Shown: positions 13,171 to 24,446 of the stretch, piece by piece
How positions within the stretch are numbered: the first letter of the stretch is position 1
Layout of the letters: each line of letters opens with the position of its first letter
Assembly (NCBI GenBank): GCA_013265495.1
Contig: MU058213.1
Span: 3,472,001-3,536,000, forward strand
Reading direction: 5' to 3'
Length of the DNA stretch: 64,000 bases
Source: Vicugna vicugna
Taxonomy: Eukaryota
Position numbers and translations under genes: made by a program
The notes under the pieces: generated by a model
The model's input: only the letters and a program-made list of their open reading frames with translations
Databases searched by the model: none
What the model was told of the DNA's origin: nothing

Positions 13171-14188
13171 AAAGAAAGTCCTAGTGCCTGAGTCTCTCTT
13201 AATGAATGAGCTACACGGCCTCGCTAACCTTTTGTACAGACTCTGCTTACATGACAAACGTAGAGAACCATGCTTTTAGGTAGATCTCACTGTAAATTAT
13301 ATGGCGATCCACCTGAGTATTTTACTCTTGAGTGCTCTGAGAGCAATGTTCAAGTGGAAACCATGAAAAGAAACCATGCTGTCAATATTCTGTCACTTCA
13401 GAAAAAGAAAAGAGGGCTAGCTCCAAGGGAAAAAAAAAATCAATTTCACTCTCCATATATTTAGGAAAAATAGCCCTATAGAAACATAACAGTACAAGTA
13501 CTTTATATAAGCAAATAAGGATAATATAAGCATTCTTCTCTGCTGCTTATGTAATTAAAAAAGTGGTAAGACTGGAGAAGAGCCACTTTACAATTTTAGA
13601 CGCCAGGCAACCAGTGCAGGTGAGTTCCTCACCAAGCACTTCCTGCAGGCCGGCTCCGGGCCAGGCCCACGCTGGGAGGCACTGCAGTGGGGCCAGAGAT
13701 GGGAGGAAAGGGAATGAAACCATGGCCTAAGACGTGGTCACTTCCTTAAGGAGTTTATGATTTGGTGTGCGTGTGAGAAACAAATGGAAAATGGTACTAA
13801 TTCTGAGACTTAAAAGAGGAGGAAAACTGCTAAAAATAGAAATATGAGCAATGTTTTGTGGGCACCAAAAGTGAGCTACTAGTTGCAAGTGTGACCATCC
13901 AGCAGCTTCAAGAAGTCTTGAGCGGAGGGGAAGGGAGAGAGGGAGTGGGGAACAGCACGCGGGAGGGGTCTACCGCACAGGACAGCCAGAGGGTAAGAAG
14001 GGGTGGGGAGGGGCAGGACGACGCGCAGGAAGCGAGAGAAGACTGGGCGCACTGCGCAGACGGCGTGCAGGTCGACCAGGAAGACCGATGAGCAGGGCCC
14101 GTGGGAACAGGCTGGTGTATTCTCAGAGGTTGGCGGTGTGCGGTGTACAGCGTGGGGTTTGTTTGTTTGTTTTTTTTTCCCCCAATTT

Positions 14189-14290
14189 TTTAAATTGAAA
14201 TGTAGCTGATTTACAATGCTAGTTTCAGGTGTAGAGCAAAGTGATTCAGTTATAAATATACATACACATATATTTTCTTTTCAGATTTAA
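14189..14290 (-). mobile_element. Short 5'-truncated L1 3' tail
   Basis: ttgaaatgtagctgatttacaatgctagtttcaggtgtagagcaaagtgattcagtt, the same terminal family as 26330-26430 in reverse. Confidence 0.7.
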
Positions 14291-14959
14291 AAGGTGTTTT
14301 TAAGAAGAGACAAGAGGGAGTGGAAGCCTCCTGAACCAGACGGCACGGGAGAAGAGGAGTGGGCCGGGTGAGTGAGCGATGGCACAGGCAGAGGGGCTGA
14401 GGAGAAACTCCCACGTGTGAGCTGGGAGGGGCGCCACGCGTGGGTTCTGGGGTCAGGTGACCCACGTACAAATCCCAGCTTCAGTCGGCACATCCTGTCT
14501 AAGCTCAATTTCCTTATCTATAAAATAGGATAATCACCCTCAGGGAGCTGTGTAGGTCTTCCTGGGAAAACATGTGTCCCGTGCTTACACAGCATCTGGC
14601 ACACGGCGGGCTCAACAATGCTTAGCCGCCCTTACTCCTGACTAACGAGACGTTCAGGATGAGGCAGAGGAAAAGGCTGAAGACAGCTCGAGGCTTTGGA
14701 GCACTGGGTTAGACGTTTTTATCTCCATCGTGGTGTTCTGCCTTTTGCTGTGATGTGTCCAGAAAGGGAGTTTAGTTTTTAAATCCTGCTTGAGACTTTT
14801 TGTTAAATTGAGGAGTCAGAATCTCTTCCCCATGCTCTTGAGTCTCTCCTTCTGGAACCACTTCAAGCCTCTTAAGCTTTCTTTCATAATTTAAAAAATC
14901 TTTTTGTATGTTTTTGTTGAATTCTCAGTAATTTCTTATCTTTATCACCAGTATGATAT

Positions 14960-15210
14960 GTCATGGGGGAGAAGAGCATGGACTCTGGGGCCAGATCACT
15001 TGATCTGTATCTGGCTTTGCCACTGATAACCATGGAACTTGACCACTTTGCCCAATTTCTCTGAGCCTCGGTTTCCTCACCTGTAAAATGTGACAGTAAC
15101 AGTCCCTTCCTTGTAGACTTACAGTAGAGACTGCATGGGTAATACATGTAACTTGTTGAGGAAAATGCTCGGTAGGCAGTGAGAGCTCAGTAAATATTAC
15201 TGCTTTCATT
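14960..15210 (+). mobile_element. MIR SINE, near full length
   Basis: ctctgagcctcggtttcctcacctgtaaaatg core and ...gagctcagtaaatatt end. Confidence 0.85.
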
Positions 15211-15631
15211 ATGGTTTCTGTGTTCTGTGACCTGCTGCTGGGGGGAACGTCAACCTCTGTATCACATTTCTAAGTGTTCAGACTGGCAAACAGAGAAGCT
15301 AGTGCTTCTATTCCACCATTATGTTGTCGTTAAGAGTGAAAATATTTACCAAATAAATCAACAAAGACTTAAAATCCCAAGGAATTTTAAGAAGTAGGAC
15401 ACAAATTTCCAGAGCGATTTTAATCACAGTGTTATTATTGCAGATGAGTTTAAAGCACTGATGATATTTTAAGATTTTATTAAGATTTATTATAAAATAT
15501 TTGCACTAAAAAAATCTATATTTACTCTTTAAAAAGTTTTTTTGGATGGAAAAATCTGCAGTCACAGACCCACCATCTTGAATCTTTGGAAAAGCAGGCT
15601 TCCGGCTTGGAAGGCAAGAAAGTGTAACCCA

Positions 15632-15668
15632 ATGTAGCCACCTAGTGGCGGTACTTGTAAACTGCAGG
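15632..15668 (-). promoter_or_regulatory. Candidate CTCF site with upstream module
   Basis: Minus strand CTGCAG-tttacaagtaccg-CCACTAGGTGGC; the core matches CCACYAGRKGGC. Confidence 0.55.
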
Positions 15669-16495
15669 GCAAGGGGAAAAGTAAGAGCAAGTTAGAAAGG
15701 CTTAAAAAATGGTCATCCCCGCAGAGATCTAGACAACAAACTTGGTGGCCACTTGGGGGGGGGCAATAAGGGGAGGAAAGGGTTATTATGGAACTATATG
15801 AAATCATGTGTGTGAAACTTTGAAAACTGTAAAGCACTACAGAATTTAAAGACTCTTTCACTGATAAAAAAATTACTCCAAAAAAAAGGTCGACACCAGC
15901 AGAAATGAAACAGGTGGACAGATGATGAGTTTAGTTCCAGACATACTGAATGTGCAGTGATGGAAAAAAGTGTAGTGAACATATCTGATAAGCAGGAGAC
16001 AAGCCACAAGAGGACTGCTCCAATCACAGCCGTACTTTCAAACTATGCAGATACACTAAATATAATGTGAAGAAGGTGTGAAGGGTGAATGACCATCCCT
16101 GGAGGATGCCAGTCAAAGCAGGAAAAGGAATCCAGAGAGCCCGCTTCCACCATCAGAGTCTAGACCAGGGGATAATCTGAGCCACTCTTGCTCAGTTTCT
16201 ACAAAGTCCATACCCCACAAACCCATGAGGAAACCAGGTTAGAGCGCTTTAAAAAGCAAACCTTTAACACTGTTTTTCTATATTACAAGGTATATAGAAA
16301 AATAAACACATAAAATAATTGTGGTCTTCAATGATTTACCACAGCTACTCAAAAAATAAGCATCCTTTCCCTTTAGAAACTATTGGAAGTTGTTAATATA
16401 CAGAACAAACTCCCATTACTTTTAAGAATGCATTTCCCATTGCTTTCAGTCTATATGACAGTCATTTTTAAGAACTCATTGTAAGTATCACTAAC

Positions 16496-16561
16496 CTGCT
16501 TCTTCAACTTTCTTCGGAAGAACTCATACTTTCTTTTGTAATCCCTGGAGTAAGGCACTGC
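16496..16561 (-). CDS. NEDD4: NEDD4 exon AVPYSRDYKRKYEFFRRKLKKQ (pre-HECT helix), 66 nt
   Basis: Acceptor actcaag, donor gttagt. Confidence 0.96.
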
Positions 16562-17594
16562 CTTGAGTTGAAAATTTTGGAAAAATAAAGAAGGTTTAGG
16601 TTGCTTTACTCTGGAACAATACAAAAAGTTCTCCTCTGGGTATTTTATGAACAGAAGTTAAAGGCATTAAAAGAGAATATTTGGAAGGAAAGGTTTAATT
16701 CAAAGAAAAACAAATATAAGACTTAAAAAATTTTAATTTCTCCATTTAAGATAAAATTGTATTCAGCGATTCCTATGGCTGTAATTTTCATCATGCAATA
16801 TTCTTGAAATGCAACAGGCCAGAAACAGGAAATGTCTTCCAAGCAGAGAAATATTAGAAGTGAAAATTTCCATTTCTAAAGAGACTTTCAAAGTGATTTC
16901 TCCATTAAAGGAACAATTTGAAAAATGTACTTTTTCCTTGAACTCTGAGGCGATGCCTTTTTTATCCATCATTTTAAAAAGACTAAACATGGAGACAAGA
17001 GTAATTTAGAAGAATTGTGTTTTCAATTTTACTTATTTTTGTGAATTAGAAAACAGTATAAAATCTGAAAAACGGAAGCAGGAAAAAGTAGCTATATAAA
17101 AGAGGTTAATGATTTTCCTATCATTAACCTGACTCAAGAGTAGTATAAACATCATACATGGTAATAATTGTACTTAAATATGAGCATGCCTTATATATTT
17201 ACAGCGATTTCAACCCAAAAGTTCAAGACAAGACCCTGAGTTGACAGGACACTGTCTGCTTCCTCACCAGATATACTCTTGGCACCTCTGATCTGCTGAG
17301 GATTGCCAACATTCTCTTTCAGTGGCAAGTACCAGTCTGAGCACAGCAGTCCACTGCCGTAGCATTTTGACTGTCTGGCTCACTGGTCTACCAAGGCTGC
17401 TGCACAGAGTCAAGGATAACTTTACATGCTCTTTTCAAACAGCTGAGACCCAGTGTACGGGCAGTGGGGAAAAGAGAGATTTGCAAATGTGCTTTCCTCT
17501 CCACGCCTTTAGGGTTATGACCTTGACCATTCAGCCCTGAAGAGACAGGTGAGAGGACAACCCCATCAGAGCATCCTGATACAAAGAGACTTAC

Positions 17595-17653
17595 TGGTCC
17601 AGTTATTGCTACATTCTGCAACCGAGGATCTTCCCATTGGGTTCTTTTTATAT
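17595..17653 (-). CDS. NEDD4: NEDD4 exon, WW4 second half (N)IKRTQWEDPRLQNVAITGP, 59 nt
   Basis: Acceptor cttcag, donor gtaagt. Confidence 0.96.
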
Positions 17654-17748
17654 CTGAAGAGAGGGAGAAAAAAAAGGTGTTCTTCATTCGCATGCACAAA
17701 ATTTGATATTTCAAAAAACAATATAATGAAAAATCACATGGCACATAC

Positions 17749-17803
17749 TATGATTTATGTAGAAGATTCTTCCATCAGTGTGAGTTCTTTCTTCCCATCC
17801 TGG
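17749..17803 (-). CDS. NEDD4: NEDD4 exon, WW4 first half PGWEERTHTDGRIFYINH, 55 nt
   Basis: Acceptor ttatag, donor gtatgt. Confidence 0.96.
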
Positions 17804-18017
17804 CTATAATGAAGAATAAATTTCAATTATGTTTTCTGTATGGGCAGAAAAACGGCCTTGGTTCTATGGTTGATTTAATTTGCATATGCCATTCTTACTA
17901 GAAGATATCAACACCTTTATGAAAATATTAAGTATAGTTGTTAAGGAACTACTGAATTCCAAAAACCAAAATGTTTGAGATTGCTGAGTTAGACCAGCAG
18001 CAGCTCGATAAACTTAC

Positions 18018-18098
18018 AGGTAAAGGCCCCAGGTCACTGGAAGAATCAAGTGACGTCTTTCCTCTCAGGTGAGCTGGAATTTTCAGTCTTGGATCTTC
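18018..18098 (-). CDS. NEDD4: NEDD4 exon EDPRLKIPAHLRGKTSLDSSSDLGPLP, 81 nt
   Basis: Acceptor ccaaaaaag, donor gtaagt. Confidence 0.94.
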
Positions 18099-19032
18099 CT
18101 TTTTTGGTAGAGTAAATAAAGAAAACAATACACACACACAAACTTTAAAATCAAGAAAGTCAGTCTGTCACTCTGTTTTCTAGTATCAACGGATATTTAA
18201 AATACTCTCTGATGAAAAGTCTGCTTTTCTTTCACTTGCTTATGCTATGAAATAATAGGTGCTCGTCTAAAATCTATCATTCTCAGGCTGCAATATTCAG
18301 TTCTCAGATCTTAAGAGCAGGATCAGCACTAACTCACCATCTCTCCCACAGAAAAACCACTCAGAGTATTTTGCCCGCTGTTTAGCAGTTGTGTCACCAC
18401 ACAGGGCTCGTCTCAAAGTAAAAACTGGTGAAAGAGCAGCACACAGAACTGGACCACATATTCTACGCTTTTCGGCACCTATCTGCGAAGGTGCTAATTC
18501 ATTAATATTTTTGAAAGACAGGAAGCTAAGCTCAGAAAGGTTATTATAGGTGGCTCAGATTGTTGAAAGAAAGGACAAAATTTAATTTATTTGGGTTAAT
18601 TTATATATCATTTTATGACTGCATTAAATAATTCATTAAATAATTTTAGTTTTATTTAGGTATGTTGGTCTTTTAAACAAATAAATTCATCAAAATCTCT
18701 TCGTCTGCTGCCGATTTTCAGGAATTTTTCTATTAGCAGTAAACCAACTGCTCAACAACTTTAAGCCTTATCTTAAAAATACTGGTTCTACCGAGCCTCA
18801 TAAGGTTTTTTGGGTATTAAATGAGATACGGATTCAAAAGTACTTTGGAACTATAAAGTCTCCTATAAAGGGAAAAGATTATTACTAAATATTCCTAAGC
18901 ATTCATGGCTAGTGAGTGGAAAACCAGGCACAGGAAGTAAATATATCTCCGTGACAATCCATTCCAACATTAAAAATAGGCATAAACATACTGAATAGAA
19001 ATAATACTGTTTAAGAATTCAACATATCTTTA

Positions 19033-19141
19033 TATATGTACGTATATGTATAACTGAATCATTTTCTTTGCTGTGCACCTGAAACTAAGATTGTAAACCA
19101 GCTACACTTCAATAAAAAAATACTCAATTCTAAAAAGAAAA
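19033..19141 (+). mobile_element. ~110-bp 5'-truncated L1 tail with 17-bp TSD
   Basis: ...gctgtgcacctgaaactaagattgtaaaccagctacacttcAATAAAaaaa; TSD aattca(a/g)catatcttta at 19016-19032 and 19142-19158. Confidence 0.8.
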
Positions 19142-19266
19142 AATTCAGCATATCTTTAAATGAAGACTAGGAACTGTAGGGTATGTTAAAGCGTAAGTAA
19201 GGATGATCAAGAACTATACAAAAGAGGCTGCTATTGTTGTTATAAATTAGAGAGCGTTCAGGTTAC

Positions 19267-19470
19267 CCAGGTGGTGGTTTTGGTGTTGTGGTCAATGAAG
19301 AAAGGCCTCCCATTGGGCGCGTGCCGGACTTCCCAGCCTTTAGGAAGGAAGCCTTGCTCCATTTCAGACAGCTGGGCCACCTGCTGTGCCGCCTCGCTCG
19401 GCGGGGCCTGGGGTGGAGGGCCTGCAGAAGAACCCTGGCTGGACGGCAGCTGACTCGTCTCCACTGCAGC
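19267..19470 (-). CDS. NEDD4: NEDD4 exon, linker plus WW3 (AAVETSQL...[28 protein letters not shown]), 204 nt
   Basis: WW3 sequence; acceptor gcgctag, donor gtaacc. Confidence 0.96.
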
Positions 19471-20551
19471 CTAGCGCGTGGATTCAATCACGATGTAGTG
19501 TTTTAGAGAGAACACACAAATGGCTGTGGTTAAAAAGGTGACTTAACTTGCAAAACGGAATACGCATTTATAAACAGGCCTAAACACTGGAAGCTCATTT
19601 TTCTAATAAAGTGTTTCGCTGAAGCTTATTTTTGAAATAATTGGTAATTTCTCAGCTAATTCTTGAGTGGGAAGATGCTGATTAACCGTCAGTCTGCTGT
19701 GGATGCACATGACTGGAGAGGCCGAGTCAGTGGGTCCGTGCCCTGCTTTCAAGGCGAGTCACAGGGCCAGCTGGAGGAGGCTGTCTTTGCTCGCCCCGAA
19801 GACTCACACAGAGCGGGAACCCCTCATCTATGGAAGCGGGTTCTTATGCCAGGGAGACAAAATGAATGGCAAATACCCACCACAGCAATTGATAATTGAG
19901 ATGTCATATATTCACACAACGAAACATAAGGCAGTGGTAAAAAGAAACACTGAATCGACATATAAAACAACATAGACAGGGTTTTAAATCAAAGTTGAGC
20001 AAAAAAAAAAAAGATTTACAATTATACAATATAACATCTTTGCAAAATATGACACATAAACATCAATAATATTTTGCATCATTTAGTTCTCTATGTTATG
20101 TACAGAACAGGCAGGAAGACTACTCCACAAGCTCAAGCTGGTAGTTCTCTCCAGCTACGGGGGACCAAGTGCTTGGCTAAAAGGAATTTAGTTTTATCTG
20201 TAAGATTTTATTTTAAAAAAGGAAATGTCTAGAAACAAAAGTGGTGATTTGTTAACGGTGATATGTTTGGATGTTAAGAAAGTGGGTATCTGCTGTATTA
20301 TTCTCTGTACTTTTCAGTGTTCAAATATTTCTCAATACGAGAAATGGTGATAAGATGAAATAAATATTTTCCTAAATGCTCACAAGGAAATATTACAAAG
20401 GGCACTCACTGTTGCCAAGGACACGGTGTCATCATCGCAAATTTCTTTGAGAGGTGCTAATCACCATGATTATCTTTTAGCAAAATAATGATCTTAACCA
20501 TTCAAATTACAGAATAACCCAGTGGACCAGATTACCGACTTTGTCCTCTTA

Positions 20552-20851
<300 letters not shown>

Positions 20852-21049
20852 CTAAAATAAAGAAAAGGAGAATTAAAGAGTAATAGGAAAGACTCCTTTT
20901 TAAAAGGACCACATCCCCTTTTCACTGCTAGCTCTCTTTAAAATGACTCATGTTTTAAATCATATTTTAAAGTGTACAGCATTGCACTTAAAAAAAACAA
21001 ACTCAGGATAACAGACTAATGATGAGAGTGTTAATACTAAAAACCATGA

Positions 21050-21270
21050 CGGTAATAAGAACCACACGCTAAGTGCTTTGACACAGACCATGTCATTTAA
21101 GCGCCACACGAATCTTAATGAGATAATTAAGATGAGTGGCCCGTTGGACTTACGAGGAAACCGAAGCTTAACAAAATGAAAGTAATTTCCTCACATACAA
21201 CACTGCTAGTACGGAGCTGAGACCTGAACTCAGGTAGTCTAACTACAGAAGCTATGGCCCGTAGCTGCCA
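21050..21270 (-). mobile_element. MIR fragment
   Basis: gaggaaaccgaagc...gagctgagacctgaactcaggtagtctaactacagaagc. Confidence 0.6.
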
Positions 21271-21619
21271 GGTCAAAAGTTACTCCTGCCTTCTTTCCAT
21301 GAGGGCTGGGGAGGGGCTGATCGTTGTAGTTTATTACAAATGAACGGAGAGGTCTAGTTACCCAGGTTTACTTAAAATAGTCCAGGTCTGGCCTTCCTTT
21401 CATCTTTTGAACCAGATCAGACTCTTCAAGGCTTGGCCTGGTCCCCTAACATGCCTTCCATATAAAGACGATCACCGCTGGTCTGTTCACTAGACACACT
21501 GCTCCCTAGACACACAGTGCGTAGATGTAACTGCGGACACTTATGATGAACTGTCAGTCTACAAAATAATGGAAGTCAGAGTTGCCCAGCTTTACCAATG
21601 TCCAGTAACTGGTGAGCAG

Positions 21620-21975
21620 CTAAAAGGAACATAGTAGATTTATCTCCACAATGGATTATCACGAGCTGCTGTGACACGTAACATGGATAAACTTCAAAAA
21701 CATCGTACTGAGTGGAAGAGGCCAGACGCTTAAGATGGCATACTGTATGATTCCACTTAACATGAAATTTTTACAAAAAAGCAGATGAGTGGTTGCCTGG
21801 GGCCGAGAGGAGGTATTAAGACAACTTTTTGCGGCGATGGAAGAGTTCTAAACCTGACTGTGGTGATGTTTGCACAACTGTACAAATTCATTAAAACTCA
21901 TTTTTTTTGTTCACTTAAAAATGGGTAGATTCTATGTTCTGTAAATCATATTTTCAGAAAGCTGCTTAAAAAAAA
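21620..21975 (+). mobile_element. Old L1 3'UTR fragment (L1MB/MC-like)
   Basis: catggataaacttcaaaaacat...tactgtatgattccactt...gtggttgcctggggc...tgtggtgatgtttgcacaactg. Confidence 0.7.
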
Positions 21976-23354
21976 AACTCTAATCAACGCACTGTGAAGA
22001 AAAAGGCACGGAAATAGCTTTCCCAGTACACATGATGCAATCCATCGCTAGATTCTGCGGCTCAGCTGGTGCACTTAAGACTGTTTCTTGGATGAGTGCC
22101 TGTCAGTCAATCAGAAATTCACTATTTTCTTGCATGGAGAACGACAAAGTACAGTGGGAGATAAAACAGGGGCCTCTGCTTAAGTGAGCTCCAGTTGAAT
22201 GGAGGAGGCCAGACGGGGCCGTAAGTGAGAGGAAAGCTGCGGAGGGCATCCACGCTCCTGTTTATGGTCAATACAGACTGAGCCAACTGCACAAATGGCT
22301 GCCCCCTCCCTCCTTAGCACAGGGTCTGTGTTCCTCTCTTGGTGCAGAATCACCTTTTAAGAAGGATGAGCCACTCCCGGGTCAAGGACTTTTGAGTCTA
22401 TGGCTTCCTATCCTGGAACTCCCATAAAATTGAAAACAATCTGAACTTTTCAAAATTAATATACAGACTGCCATTCAAAATCACAAACGGTTGGTGGCAA
22501 AAATGTGAGACGGCCATTCCCAGCCGGGAAGTGAAATGGGCACAGACCCAGAACAGGGAGAGAGTCAGGAGATGCGGCAGCCCATTTGGAAGAAAGAGCC
22601 CAGACGGGAATGAAGGCTGCAGAGGGGTCCGTGGGAGGCTGAAGAGGCTGGGAGCCTGGGCCTCTTTTGTTGGGTTTAAAGAACAAGAAGTGGGGACCAT
22701 GTAAGGAAGAGACAAACTCAAAACAATGAGAGTTGAGGCAGGAAGAGGATGGAGGCTGGGAGACCCAAAGGGAGTTGCAGTCCAGGCGTGAAGTTGTTAA
22801 GTCTAAGCTCCAGTCAAGACTGTGGCTGGAGATGCTACTGAGGGGGCGGCAGACGGCTCGACGGCTTGGAGGATGAAGGGAGGGCGTGAAGGGGGCTGAC
22901 GGGCCCCATCCCGGCCACTGAGCCTCCCGACACCAGTGCGCACCTGCTGGAGTGACGGGCCCCTGATGGACCTTCAGGTGCGGGGCAGACAAACAGCTGC
23001 GAGACGCCATGGGCTGCGCACAGAGCAGAGGCCGCTGGACACTAGGGTCTCGAACTGGATGCTGCCTGCCGCCCACACAGTGCATCGCCCACCAAGCCCA
23101 GCCGCCACCCACAGCCACCAGCACGCAGGGACTGGCCTTCTTACTATGGGAGAGACAGCGCTCCGGTTTGGTCTTTAAAGGGCCCACCAAGCCCGCTTCC
23201 CCTCCCCCAACCTCACCCCCCAGAGCCCAGATGCTGTGATGGAGCAGTGCTAGGCAGCCAAATGGTCATATTCGGTGTCCCCCGTATCCCCTCCCAAAAA
23301 AGCTGCTAGGTTTTATATTTTTATTGAGGATTGAGGGGAGAGGATAAAACTCAC

Positions 23355-23420
23355 CACAGGAAGTGTAGGCTGTTCCTCAAAAGTATAGGCTTGTAAGCTG
23401 CCTCTTCTGTTGGAATGATT
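23355..23420 (-). CDS. NEDD4: NEDD4 linker exon NHSNRRGSLQAYTFEEQPTLPV, 66 nt
   Basis: Acceptor taataag, donor gtgagt. Confidence 0.93.
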
Positions 23421-24446
23421 CTTATTAAAAGCGAAAAAAGGAACAATAATAACGTTAGGTCTTTGGTTCGTCTTCGAACAGCATGTAGGGCGGCGGTGGA
23501 GGGGTACGATGGGGCAGAAGAAAGACCACACACTCCACCTGCGTGGAGACTGCAGGGAGCTGCTCAGACAGGCTCAGCCCCAGGCCAGCCTCCGGTGCAC
23601 ACCTCTCCCCCGACACCTAGACTGTCTCCTGGACGCTTTCTCTTCAGTGTCTAACAGAGAGCCCCTTATTGTGTCCAAAACTGGATTTGGTTTTCCCCAC
23701 CCACACCCACTCAAACTCCTCGTTGCAGGGGTAGCACGTGAGGCCAGCAGGTGCCCTCATCAGGTATCAATCACCCCCCCTCCTTCTCCCCATCCTGTCC
23801 CTGACAGCCAGGTCAGTCGCCAGATCCTATGCATTCTATTTCTTTACTAGTTCTCAAATACATTTCCCTTGCACTTTTTGGAAAAAAAAAAAGTCAAGTT
23901 TTCATCATTTGTCACCTTGGCTGTACTGCAGCAGCATCCTAATAGATTTCCCCACTTAAAGATTTCATTGCTTAACTCTAATCTCCACACTACACAGTGC
24001 AGCCAGAGGGCCTTCTACAGGGTAGGCTTGATCATATTCTTTCGCTCAGAGCCCTTCGGTGGCTTGTTGCAGTCACTAGGATAAAATCTACAGCACAGAA
24101 CACCATGTGAGAGAGCCTCCTGACGGCTCCAGCATTTCCCACCTCACTGGACATCCCAGATTACTTGTTTCCAGGAAATCTCACGTTCTTTCTTTCCTTG
24201 TGCTTTTATATGCACGCTGTTGTCACTATCGGAAATATTTTAGTTCTGTTATATAACGACATCAAAATTTATAATATACATATAAATTAAGTCAGAATAG
24301 CCACTGCAGTATGGTTTACAATAACAAAAAACTGTAAACAATCTCAAGTCCAACAAAGGAGACTGGAGAGATGGCTTAAGGGTTCCTTGCACAAGGGAAC
24401 AATATTTGATTATTTTTCTGTTGTTGGTTTTAAAAAGAGCACATCT

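Noticed and set aside
22456..23190. 244-aa minus-strand ORF, the longest in the window
   Set aside because: It lies in a GC-rich intronic patch where stops are rare, has no recognisable domain, overlaps L2-like sequence and begins at a non-ATG codon.
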